This document shows, piece by piece, positions 39,850 to 51,689 of a stretch of DNA of 64,000 nucleotides. The notes under the pieces were generated by a model. The model did no database searches. It was not told the origin of the DNA and saw only the letters and a program-made list of their open reading frames with translations. Every line of letters starts with the position of its first letter. Position 1 is the first letter of the stretch. The stretch comes from Octopus bimaculoides (Eukaryota). The translations under genes and the position numbers were made by a program. The DNA lies in contig NC_068989.1 of NCBI RefSeq assembly GCF_001194135.2, positions 19,260,064 to 19,324,063 of the forward strand. Direction: 5' to 3'.

Positions 39850-40480
39850 CAAAATTAGTCATCAGCACTTCTTTATACAGTTGTTCTCATCCATATACAT
39901 CACATGACCATAACAGAGCAATCTTCTTTCTTATACACTGCATCTGATTATTTTTTATGTCCAATTTTTCTCGAGATACATGTGCACTTTGTCAAACATG
40001 CACATTGATGTTGCATATTCAATGGAAGATACTAGATTCATTTTTTTTTAGACTTTGCATATCCTCAGCATTCAGGTTCCAGATTACCATGTTGTATTGC
40101 TGTTTGTACACAAGCATCATACAATCTGCCTTCCAATTTGAGAAAGAGAGAGAGAGAGAGACCTTTTGTTATTAACAGAGGTAATAGTTCCCTGAATTTT
40201 CTTCATCCTGTTCTTATTCTAGCAAATATATTTTCAGAACATCCTCTTCTAATACTAATTAGGTCACCTAAGTAACAAAATCTATCTTCTACCTCTTGGG
40301 AACCTCCTGTTTCCTATATGTTCTAAGTATTTATTGCTCTTGTGCATCTGCCATATTCAAAATCTACTTTCTCTGTTAACCTTCCTCTGGTTCTGATGCG
40401 CTTCTTGTGTGTCTCTGGCTTACATTGAATACACCACATGGAATCTCTACCTTCTCTTTTCCTGAAGGGCCTTTTTCCTG
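39850..40480 (-). mobile_element. Decayed RTE LINE fragment
   Basis: Minus strand gives ARIRTG*RKFRELLPL...DACVQTA-like segments homologous to the 50747 copy. Confidence 0.7.
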
Positions 40481-40773
40481 AAGGAAGTACAATCCTGTGT
40501 GTGTGTGTATGTGTGTAGTCATTCATGCTTATATGGATTAATATGTATATATATATATATTTACATATGAATGTATGTATGTAAATATGTTTTATATATA
40601 TATATATANNNNNNNNNNNNNNNNNNNNNNNNNNNNNNNNNNNNNNNNNNNNNNNNNNNNNNNNNNNNNNNNNNNNNNNNNNNNNNNNNNNNNNNNNNNN
40701 NNNNNNNNNNNNNNNNNNNNNNNNNNNNNNNNNNNNNNNNNNNNNNNNNNNTATGTGTGTGTGTATGCATGTA

Positions 40774-40814
<41 letters not shown>

Positions 40815-40835
40815 ATGTGTGTGTGTATGCATGTA

Positions 40836-40894
<59 letters not shown>

Positions 40895-41689
40895 ATATAC
40901 ATATCTATATGTGTACATATATATTACAATGTGTATTAATGTGTAGGTGTATAGTGTTTGTATGTTTACGTACATACACATATACCTATCATGTTACCTG
41001 CCTTGGTAAGCAACCATTTTTATGTAACACAGAAGTGATAAATTTCTCCAAATGTCTCACATAATTATTCATGTCTTTGTTTAAAAATTTTTCTCAATAA
41101 AATATGATTTTAACAGGAAGAGGAAAGGGAGTAAGCAATGGAACCTCGTGTCTTATATTATGTTGTGGTTAATAGTAACAGCTGTATGTTATGTCTTTCT
41201 TACATTACAATGTTTGAATCATGTTAAACAATAGCCCTCTGGTTTGGAGAAAGAAAAAAATATTATTATGAATATTTGGTCTCTTAGAATCTTTTGTCTG
41301 TAGATTAGTGATGTTGGTGCTGAGTTGAACAACTTTGTGTTTGGGAGCCAACCAAGGAAACCTCTAAGCAGCCACTCAGTATACTAGAAATAGTAGCTAA
41401 ATAATTCTTCGCTCTCTGCTGTTTTACAAAGAAGGAAGGATGGCATTAGATAATTTAATGTGATGTGATGGCCACGGCTTGAATGTCTTTGAATGAAATA
41501 CATCAGCTTGATCGGAGTTGACTTGGGACTAAAGAAAATCTTTAGATTTGTTGGTTGTCTGTCTATCCATCGTTCTTCAAAGAAGAGGTGATACATGAAT
41601 AGTAGCCTCATTTGACAACTGGTCTAAAAGAGAGGCTCCAGCTGACCAGTGAAAGTAGCAGTAGGTGTTTGTCTACTTACTTTTGAAAG

Positions 41690-44000
41690 TTTATGTTCCT
41701 ATAACTGAGGTGGTCCCAATTATAACTTCCAGAAGTTTATTCCATATGCTGGCAGCTGAGTGCAGAAAACTCCTATCCAAGATATGAATTTTGGCATTGG
41801 GTATTGGGAGTGTATATGTATGCACCAGCATGAAAGTACTACTCCTTGTACAGCATTGTATGTCATACTGCAGTGGTAGCATGCTCTGACTATTGATGGG
41901 CTCTAGCAATCTCTTCTGATGTAGGCTCATGGGAAGTTCTTAGGCAGCCTCTCTGCTATTAACTGTAGAGATCTTGATAGCTTTCTTTCAGATGCTATCC
42001 AATTGTCTGAGTATGCAAAGATAAACACATGTATTTCACAATGCATTGATTTTACACTTTATTGATAGCTGCCTCCTTGTGTAGATATGATGGAGACAGG
42101 AGTTAAATGCTTCCCACCACTTGACTTCTGTTGTATTTAGAATCTCAAAATGTTTTTCTTAGAGAGAGTTTACAATGTTTGATGCATTTCTTTTTCTTGG
42201 TAATAAATTTGATGGCACAAATGTCACCTTCCAGTCATCTTGGTTAATTAGTTCAGTGAGTAACAGCCTTACTCATTGTGTGTTCTGAATTCAGCTACTT
42301 ACAGCTGACAGCACCCAGTAAGAGTGGATTATAGACTAGGTTTTTATCAGTAAGAAGTTAACTAAGCAACAGGGTTTCAGAGGTGTCATCAATGATTGCA
42401 GGACTCTTTGGCAGTGGTCCTTAACAAACTGAGGTTCTAGCATCATAAGTTCTACAGACTACTGCACAGTGAAAGCAAAATGATGCTGCACTAGAATATA
42501 CTATTTTACACCAGACTCCTTGCTTGCTTTTTATCTGTTGTTGTGGTTACTTACAGGCTAATCAGTAGCTCTTGATGAACATTATAGCAGTTATTTGCTC
42601 AGACTTTCATTCTTACAATGTCTCTGTGTTAGCTCACTTCAATAAGACCACTTTCTGTTGCTGATCTTATTGATGCGAAGCATTGGTTCATTGGCTTAAA
42701 GGTACAGATCATGTTCACAGGTTTTGACAAGACTATTCATGAAAACAGAACAGATGTAGTTCAAGTTTAGAATGTTCTAGAGCTGATGTTCTTGGTTGTT
42801 GTTTTTTGTTTGTTTTTTTTTGTTTTTTTTTTCTGGTCTGGCTTGTGACCAAGTTCTTTGTTGGCTTTCTGAGATCTACAGGGCTGATGTCAGTAACATT
42901 CCTGTTGAGCACTTACCAAGTTAGTGGCTATAGGAAAAAATATGCAAGGATGCATTTTCAGAGGAACAATGTTCTACATACGTAGGCTTAACTGTAATCT
43001 CATGGGAAGCTACTGATCCAAAAGGTGAGTCACAGTTGGAACCACTCATAGATGGGCAGTTTTAATATAAAATTCAGGTGCCAAAACATGGTTCAAAGCA
43101 TGGATGGCACTGAAGGCAACAACACTGCTTTCACTAAATTTCTAAGTCAAGAACTCATTAGTATAAAGTAAGGGAGTAGGTTGATATTGCGCTGGTTTTG
43201 TGAGAGTCATACTGGTGGTCATTAAAGAGAATGAGAGATTCAAAATGAAAGTGAAAGTTGTTAATTGTTGTCTCTGTCATCTTTGTTGGGATATTTGAAG
43301 TGAGTTGACTGAGTTAGAAGGAGTTACTCTTCTAGAAAAAGAACACACCTTACTATGTTTTCAAAAATCAGTGTATATCCTTGTGGAGAGATTGAAGTTT
43401 GGTAAGGATAAGGATTAGGTCTGAAACATTGTTTGAGGTTAATAGAATAAATATTGTCAAGTTTAGTGGCTTTGTTGGTTTGAAAGAAACAAAGGTATTT
43501 TCACACTTGATTTGTATGTATGCGCAGTGGAAGGATTTGTGTTGGGGAATAAGAGGTTGTGTAGTTTGTGTGTTAGAAGAGGTGGTACATGGGATGTAGG
43601 TTGGAATAGAGTCAACAGATGTTAAAGAAGTTGGGGGAAGAATTGTCCTCTGAATTTAGTTTTTAATATCAAGGAAAATTTAGGGGGTGTTGGTGTGTCA
43701 TATGGTTGTAATAACTGTAAATGCTTGCAACTGTGCTCTCTCTGTCACGAGTATTTGGCTTGGGGACTAGTTCAAAAACTTACAACAGAATGAACACATC
43801 TGAAGGTAACTATGGACCTGGTGGTGTTGTTATACTGAACTGCAAAATGTGTATCCCTTTCAATTTCATCTTGGTACAAAGATCATTGTGCCAAGGTCTA
43901 TCAAATGCTCCTTTGATACTCAAGCCACATATACTCCTTGAAATATGTGCAGGATATTGTTGTTTGTCTGAAAAAGGATAGGGAGAAGTTGTATGGTGTC
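41690..44000 (-). mobile_element. Highly decayed CR1/L2-like LINE
   Basis: RSFLHSAASIWNKL (typical C-terminal motif) at ~41720-41780; IKGAFDRPWH (RT motif) at ~43880-43920; many stops between. Confidence 0.45.
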
Positions 44001-44174
44001 ATGATTTTGACAGAAACCAACATGAGTTGTTTCTGCAGCAGATAACTTTCCAGTTGTTTATGAAGCAACACTGCTACTATTATTTCACTGGCAAAATTGA
44101 ATAATAATACAAACAGGCCAATTGATATTTTAACTGATCGGTGCTTGATGGATCATCTTTAATATATCTCAGAG

Positions 44175-44430
44175 ATAAGGCAGCAAGCTGGCAGAATTGT
44201 TAGCATGCTGGGCAAAATGCTAAGTGGCATTTTGTCTGTCTCTACATTCTGAGTTCAAATTCCACTGAGGTTGACTTTGCCTTTCATCCTTTCACCCCGA
44301 GTTCAAATTCCGCTACAGTTGACTTTGCCTTTCATCCAAATAAGTACCAGTTGAGCAGTAAGGTTAATGTAATCGACTTATCCCCTCCCCCCAAAGTTGC
44401 TAGCTTTGTGCCAAAATTTGAAACCAATAT
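44175..44430 (+). mobile_element. SINE family C with internal duplication
   Basis: The GAGTTCAAATTCC...GACTTTGCCTTTCATCC segment occurs twice. Confidence 0.8.
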
Positions 44431-44642
44431 ATCATAGAGATAGTTTCCCCTAGTTGTGATTTATTCCCAAAATAAAGCACAACTAAAAAACATGCAACAT
44501 GGGAGTTGGATAGTTCCTTACAGTATTCTTTCAGGACTTTGGTTGCAGTTTGGTAAGGATATGACTTGTGGGTTTGGTTTCAATTTTTCTGTTATTTACA
44601 TATTATCCTTATTGCTTGATATGAAGTTCATACACAGTAATA

Positions 44643-45202
44643 GGATCTTTTTTAAAACGGGGGCCACATTTTTCATTAATGTTTTACATAGTGTTTTTGG
44701 TACCGAAAGACTTTCAAACTTCGTATACTTATCTATTTTGTGTTATAGAACAGAAAAATATTTTTGTATTCGAATTTATTTCATGTAAAAAATTGTCTTA
44801 TTTCGATAATTTCAACCAATCACTGACGTCCATTCAGCCGATATACATTAAGTGCCGACTACATAAACAAACGATTCTTCGTTTTATTTGCTTTTTTCAT
44901 TTTAAATTTGCTTTAACCCTAACCCTAACCCTAGGGTTAGGGTTAGAGTTAGGGTTAGGGTTAATTGTTTCAGAATCGTTTGTTTATGTAGTCGGCACTT
45001 AATGTATATCGGCTGAATGGACGTCAGTGATTGGTTGAAATTACAGAAATACGACAACTTTAACATGGAATAATTTATGGATTTCTTTTTTTTTTAAGAA
45101 GACTAAGAGAAAAAGATGTTTTATATGACACATTCTACCAGTGTTCCAAGTTTCAAAGTGTTTCGTTAATGAAAAATGTGGCCCCCGTTTTAAAAAAGAT
45201 CC
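44643..45202. mobile_element. Non-autonomous DNA transposon (MITE), GG termini, 8-bp TSD (Merlin-like)
   Basis: TSD CAGTAATA at 44635-44642 and 45203-45210. Perfect 37-bp TIR GGATCTTTTTTAAAACGGGGGCCACATTTTTCATTAA. Internal perfect 72-bp inverted repeat and central (CCCTAA)n(TTAGGG)n. Confidence 0.9.
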
Positions 45203-45849
45203 CAGTAATATTGTATCAAAAAATTATATATTGTCATCACCAGTGAGTCGACAGAAAAACAGAAGATATTGGTTTATAACTACTGTTATTTGAATCCATT
45301 GCTGTTATGTTTGTCGATGTGGATATTTCAAGCTATGATGCTTTCATTTTTCCCAACTCAAGTTTTTGCCGGCTCATATATTTTCCACTTTTCCACTTCT
45401 GACATTGTTTACTTTTTACCTGATTGTGGGTCTGGTTGTAGTTCAGTCGTCACTTGTGTCATAAATCATAAATTATCTTTTTTTCCAACTTGTCTGTTTC
45501 TGTTTAAAACATAACCCATCAGGTTTTATGCTTTTTATTTTATTTTTTATTTTATTTTATTTATTTATTTATTTATTGCTACCAGCACTGTATACACTCA
45601 ATTGGTTGAAAAACATAAGGATAGAGTAGAAACTGTATGCGTGTGTGTGTGTGTGTGTATACAGAAAGAGAGAGATATGTATGCTTGAGTATACATATAT
45701 GTGTATGCATATAGACATCAGTGTGTATGTAGATGTATATATGGATATATCTGCAAATTGAACAGACCCAAGATTCTGTGCAAGGCAATGACATGAATCT
45801 GAAAGCAATTTATGTCAACAATGCAAATAATATGCATTGAACATGTCCC

Positions 45850-46650
45850 TGAGATGAAGGTTAATGTTCAAGAGAGTATCATTCCCAGTGACAGAAAAAT
45901 TCTCATGTGACAAAGAAGAAAGGACTTATATTATTTAAATGGATAAACCATTAACATGGGAAAAAAAAATATTCATTTCAGAATGTCACTCAGAAATTGA
46001 GAGCAAAATGCTCCACAAAAATGAGAGATCTGTTAAGAAAACTTGGACTGTAGAACATGTGAAAACACACCTTAAAAAGTTTTCTATAGATTTGCAAAAA
46101 TGCTTCATTACAAATTAGGTTCATTATTTGAAAGAAGTACTTATAACCAACTAAGCTAAAAACAAGGCTAGTACAAGCACTCATTTGGCCAATAGGCATT
46201 TGTGGTTGTGAAGCATGTACTCTAAGCAGATTAAGTGAACATATTGTATTTGAAATGTGGGTGTATAGGAGAATGCTGTGTGTTTCTTACTAAGATCATT
46301 GGATAAATGAATGAGTGTTACAACAAGTAGGTGAAAGAAGACAACTCCTGAACATTGTGGAAAAAACTAAAGCTCATCTATTATGGCCATATCCAAAGAA
46401 GCAGAGGTCAAGAAAACATTATCATGGAAAGAAGAGTTAAAGGGCTCTAGACCAAGAGGCAGGCAAAGAAAACAGTGGAGGGAAAATATCTCTAGCTGGT
46501 TGGACAAGAATGGCAAGGCAGATGGAGAACTTGTGCTTAATTAGTAAGACTTCCATTGTAGTGTCATCAATTAGTTGCAGCCATATGATACATGATGATG
46601 ACTCGTGGCCATTAAAAGACAAGGGAAATACTGGAAGAAAAATTCAACAA
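45850..46650 (+). mobile_element. Decayed RTE-clade LINE (different subfamily)
   Basis: LVQALIWPIGICGCEA...FEMWVYRRML...YYGHIQRSRGQENIIME...SRPRGRQRKQW resembles the RTE ORF2 C-terminus. Confidence 0.7.
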
Positions 46651-46932
46651 TGTTTTCACAAGCTTTCTCATGCACTTGCAAATCATGGAACTAGATAAAT
46701 TCTTCAATGTTTCAACTTTGTATTATAAAAATGTAACCATTCATCATATAAAAATTTATATTAAAATTTACCATGGATACAATGAATCAGTTCTGATTAC
46801 TTCTCTACAACTTTGCAAAACCATCCCCAAATATTCTTAATTTCCTACATATTTCATAAAAAAAGTATAAAGACAATAATATACTTTAACCATAATAAAA
46901 GAATTCAAGCAAATTTCTTTGACTTCACATAC

Positions 46933-46969
46933 CTGCAAAGTCGTGGTATCAGGGAATGGGATTATGTTC
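46933..46969 (-). CDS. Putative antisense micro-exon: NIIPFPDTTTLQ
   Basis: Strong splice signals: ttattctctag| and CAG|GTATGT. Only the phase 2->0 frame is open. Confidence 0.3.
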
Positions 46970-47357
46970 CTAGAGAATAATAGCTTGTTAAATGATACTC
47001 CTCAGTACAGAAACTGTACTTCTAAGTACCTTCAAGTTTCTGTGGAGCATTACAACCTGATATTGAACAAGCTGCTCAACCATTTAAATATGATTTATAT
47101 TGTCATACATGTACATTTTGCAAAGGATTTTGGAAAAAACTGCTCATGCAATACACTTCAAACTACTTGATTTCAACATAGCTACATGGTAGTATAGTTG
47201 TGGGACTTTTTAAAACTTAGATCTCAAGTTGTTATGACCAATGATACCCCAAAAAGTTAACAATTCTGGTGTTATTACTGCTGCAGTAGAGCTCACAGAT
47301 ATACTTTCAGTTATTAGAACATCCACTCCTACTTCTCTTAGTTCAATCTATGCATAC

Positions 47358-47406
47358 TGAACTAGATGTAATTCAATGATCCCCCAAGATTTCCTCTCTG
47401 CAGCAA
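47358..47406 (-). CDS. Putative antisense micro-exon: (V)AAERKSWGIIELHLV(Q)
   Basis: Acceptor ctatcagtattccag|, donor |GTATGC, phase 1->2. Chosen partly for phase compatibility. Confidence 0.2.
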
Positions 47407-47703
47407 CTGGAATACTGATAGAACAGTAATGAAGTGAAGAAGCTTGAGACATCTAGTAATCTATATCTAGAACAAACACAGGCAACTTTTTTCAAGAAAT
47501 GGGCCACATGAGACATGTCTCATCTTCAAGTGGGCTGCATTACTAAAAAAATTAAGGTAACTTTTCATTAGGCATGCCATCTAGAAAGTCCCACATACCA
47601 CAGTTTGCCTATGACTGATTTAGAAGAGTCTGACAGCAATGAAATGTGTGTGTGTGTGTGCATGCGTGTGTGTGTGTGCACATGTAGATGTGTGTGTGAC
47701 GAT

Positions 47704-47747
47704 CAAAAGGTGAGATATAAACCTTCAAAAGGTGAGATATAAACCTT
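47704..47747. repeat. 22-bp perfect tandem duplication
   Basis: CAAAAGGTGAGATATAAACCTT x2. Confidence 0.9.
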
Positions 47748-48592
47748 CAAAGTGTACAAAATTAGTTTTATCGCTGAACAGAAGTTTATCAAGCTTTGAA
47801 TTTTACCTGGAGCATTTTAAACTATGAAAAAGCAGCTTCAAATCTCGGGTATAACCATAAACATGAAGCTGATATGGACAGTGGGTATATTTCTACCATA
47901 TGTAACATGTGTAACAGAGCTGCACAGAAGCATAGAGTGCTATGTACAAAATCAAATGAATAGAAAAGACAAAAAACATGCAAGAGACATTTCAAACAAT
48001 GATGATAAACCTAAATTAAACTCTCATCAACTGTTTTACTAAGGAATATAGCAGTTTTGATACCTTAGATAAAACTGCATATCCTAGGCAGTAGGTACAG
48101 AGGAGGTGTTTACATCTCCATAACTTAGCAGTTCAGCAAAAGAGACCAATAGAATAAGTACTAGGCTTACAAAGAATAAGTCCTGGGGTTGATATGTTTG
48201 ACTAAAGGCTGCAGTCAAATGACTGAAACAAATAAAAGAATATTTATATATATGTGTGTGTGTAGAGCGTTGAAAAGGAACACACAAGTTGATATATATG
48301 GAAAAAAAGTCAAGGTAGAAAATGCTAAAATAATTTTATAAAAAACATTTCAGTACCAGTTTCAGTCATTGAGACTTTTCAACCTCGAACCCACAAGAGT
48401 AAACAAGGGAGACAGAGACAGGCAGAAACAAGGAAAATACCCCTTGTATTTGAATACTATGGTCAGTCATTTTATGCCTTCAGTTCCCTCATTGAATGTA
48501 TTTACTCTACACATGTATTGAGCACTCTTTCTCATGGAGCTAGCTGATGATAACATACACACACACACATACTCGTACTCACACATATTCAC

Positions 48593-48637
<45 letters not shown>

Positions 48638-48849
48638 AGCTTAACATTCAGATGTGCATATCATGTGTACAAATATACTTTTATACATATATAGGCATTA
48701 ATATGTACATACATATTTTGTATTTAAATATCGTATGTGTATAGTCATTTACACACACACACACACATGTATAAATACATACTCATACATACAAACTTAC
48801 ATGCGCATGCACACACACACACACACACACATTATAAACAGTGGAAGAA

Positions 48850-49200
48850 GGGTAGCAATGCAAAGCTCAGCATCAGATGTTTTATGCCATTCTAAACCTT
48901 CCCCATCCTGAACCTCACCCTCATCCTTCATTAATATCCAGCTGTGAATCTTACCTCAAGCCTTCTCACATTGCAACATCCTAACCATCTCTTCACCACC
49001 ACCACCATCATCATCATACTATATACATCCCCATCATGAAACATCATCCAGCCCTGCTTGTCTACCTATTTCAACCACCAGAAATACTATCTCTTTCTTC
49101 GTGGTACATTGACATTGTAACCCCTATTCGTTTCCATGATCTGACTGTCCTTCTGCTGTTAACACAGCTATCACAATCACCCCTTCGCCAAATTAACCCT
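48850..49200 (+). mobile_element. Possible Penelope-like linker/GIY-YIG remnant
   Basis: C-rich decayed sequence with PAL..YLFQPP...GT..CN..RF-like traces; weak. Confidence 0.3.
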
Positions 49201-49856
49201 TAAAACGCAATTAACCACTGCTTGGTGAAATGTACTGGATGTTTCTTAATTAAGTAAAGGTATGGTATATAGGGAACAATAGATTTGTAGGTCACAGAGC
49301 TGACCTGGGACTACACTACAACATGAACTATCATCACACCAAGCCAAATAATGAGCCTATGCATGGTTGTTCATCTTGCTAAAAATAGCAGCCAAATCTT
49401 CCTGAAACCATTCCCACGATATTAAAAAATGGAAAGCTACATTAGATTGTGTACATATAGATACATAGTAAACAGACAGGATTATTATAACTGGAATGGT
49501 TTTAATTATAGGTTTGTTGTATCTGCTTTGACCTGAGGGTTAATTGACAACAGCAACTATAAACCTAATAAAGCATTCCAATATTGTCACTAGACGTGCT
49601 CACTAAGATAGTTCTATGTCATTCAAAGAACTTCCCACCGCCCAACATTGTGGACAACACATTTCAGACCTAAATGTTTGGACAGTTACAAAGAAATGAT
49701 CACAGCTAGGACAGTGACAGAAACATCCTCCAATCAGCTATCTCTGACAATTGAGGTGTAGCCAGAGTTATTCAGCTATTACTGTTGTCTTGGCTGCTGC
49801 TGTTGCTACTATTACTATTACTATTACAAACACCACCAACACCATCATCATTACTC

Positions 49857-50255
49857 GGCGATCTTTCGATACCAGTACCAAATATCGGCCTTTTTTGTAA
49901 AAAGTGCCTTTTCCGTAAAAAGTGTTGGAGGGAAAGAGGTTTGAGTTTTAGGGTCAGGGTTAGGGTTTTAGGGTTAGGGTTTTAGGGTTAGGGTTAGGGT
50001 TATGGGTTAGGGTTACGGTTACTGTTAGAGACGAAATTCCCTAACCCAAACCCTAACCGTAAAAGCCTAACCGTAACCCTAACCCTAATTCCTTCAAACC
50101 CTAACCCTAAAACCCTAACCGTAAACATAACCCTATCCTCAAACCCTTCAAAAGAAATTGCGCTCTCTGTATCTCTTTCACTTTTACGACATCGTTTCCC
50201 TCCAACACTTTTTACGGAAAAGGCTGATATTTGGTACTGGTATCGAAGGATCGCC
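49857..50255. mobile_element. Non-autonomous DNA transposon (MITE), GG termini, 8-bp TSD (Merlin-like)
   Basis: TSD CATTACTC at 49849-49856 and 50256-50263. TIR GGCGATC(T/C)TTCGATACCAGTACCAAATATC(G/A)GCCTTTT. Internal degenerate (TTAGGG)n followed by (CCCTAA)n. Confidence 0.9.
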
Positions 50256-50376
50256 CATTACTCTTCACCACACTGTTGCATTATCACTTCCATCCTGTAA
50301 ACTCACTGCTATCAATTATCACAAGCCATTAAGGGAACTTTTGTGTGGTTGCTAGAAATAGCCAAACCATCTTTAA

Positions 50377-50746
50377 TCCTTTAGCTTAATCCAGCCCAAA
50401 TATTCTGTCTGTTTTATATTCAAAACAGCCAGATCCAGCCTGTCACACCTACCTTACAATGTCATTCTAAAAATAAACAATTACATCATTAAAATCTCAA
50501 AGCTACATGATAATAGATGAATAATTCAAAACAATGTGAGTAAATAAGCATTACATTCGACAGAGTAATCTGAATACTAAAGAGTTAACCCTTTAGCATT
50601 TAAACGGACCATATCTAGCCTAAACATTCTGCTGTTTTATGTTCAAAATAGTCAGAATTAGATGGTTACACCTGCCCTACAATATTGCTCTAAAAATAAG
50701 CAATCACATTATCAAGATCTCAAAGCTACAAAATAATGCACAATTA
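50377..50746. mobile_element. Two tandem piggyBac-like MITEs sharing a TTAA (50585-50588); the second is interrupted by an RTE LINE
   Basis: 50377-50584 and 50589-50746 are similar copies with (T)TAACCCTTTAGCATT / AATRCTAAAG(A/G)GTTAA ends. Confidence 0.7.
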
Positions 50747-51689
50747 GAATAAGAATAGCCTGGGCAAAGGCTAGAATAAGAATAGCCTGGGCAAAGTTTA
50801 GAGAGCTCTTACCCCTGCTGGCGACAAAGGGACTCTCACTCAGAGTAAAAGGCAGACTGTATGACGCATGCGTACGAACAACCATGCTACATGGCAGTGA
50901 AACATGGGCTGTAACTGCTGAGGACATACGTACGCTCGCAAGGAATGAAGCCAGTATGCTCCGTTGGATGTGTAATGTCAATGTGAATACCCGTCAGAGT
51001 GTCAGTATCTTGAGAGAAAAGCTGAACATTAGAAGCATCAGTTGTGGCGTGCAAGAGAGCCGATTGCGCTGGTATGGACATGTGGTGAGAATGGAGGAGG
51101 ATAGCTGCGTGAAAAAGTGCCNNNNNNNNNNNNNNNNNNNNNNNNNNNNNNNNNNNNNNNNNNNNNNNNNNNNNNNNNNNNNNNNNNNNNNNNNNNNNNN
51201 NNNNNNNNNNNNNNNNNNNNNNNNNNNNNNNNNNNNNNNNNNNNNNNNNNNNNNNNNNNNNNNNNNNNNNNNNNNNNNNNNNNNNNNNNNNNNNNNNNNN
51301 NNNNNNNNNNNNNNNNNNNNNNNNNNNNNNNNNNNNNNNNNNNNNNNNNNNNNNNNNNNNNNNNNNNNNNNNNNNNNNNNNNNNNNNNNNNNNNNNNNNN
51401 NNNNNNNNNNNNNNNNNNNNNNNNNNNNNNNNNNNNNNNNNNNNNNNNNNNNNNNGGCACATAAAAGACACCATTTCGAGCGTGGCCGTTTTCATGCGGG
51501 TGACACGTAAAAGCACCCACTACACTCTCTGAGTGATTGGCGTTAGGAAGGGCATCCAGCTGTAGAAACTCTGCCAAATCAGACTGGAGCCTGGTGTTGC
51601 CATCCGGTTTCACCAGTCCTCAGTCAAATCGTCCAACCCATGCTAGCATGGAAAGCGGACGTTAAACGATGATGATGATGATGATGATG
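50747..51689 (+). mobile_element. 5'-truncated RTE-clade LINE (ORF2 C-terminus, gap, 3' UTR, (GAT)n tail)
   Basis: Open frame RIRIAWAKFRELLPLLATKGLSLRVKGRLYDACVRTTMLHGSETW...RLRWYGHVVRM is typical of RTE ORF2. Possible TSD AATTA (50742-50746 / 51690-51694). Confidence 0.9.

Noticed and set aside
44913-50140. Telomere fusion sites or chromosome-end relics
   Set aside because: Both TTAGGG/CCCTAA tracts lie inside elements bounded by TIRs and 8-bp TSDs.
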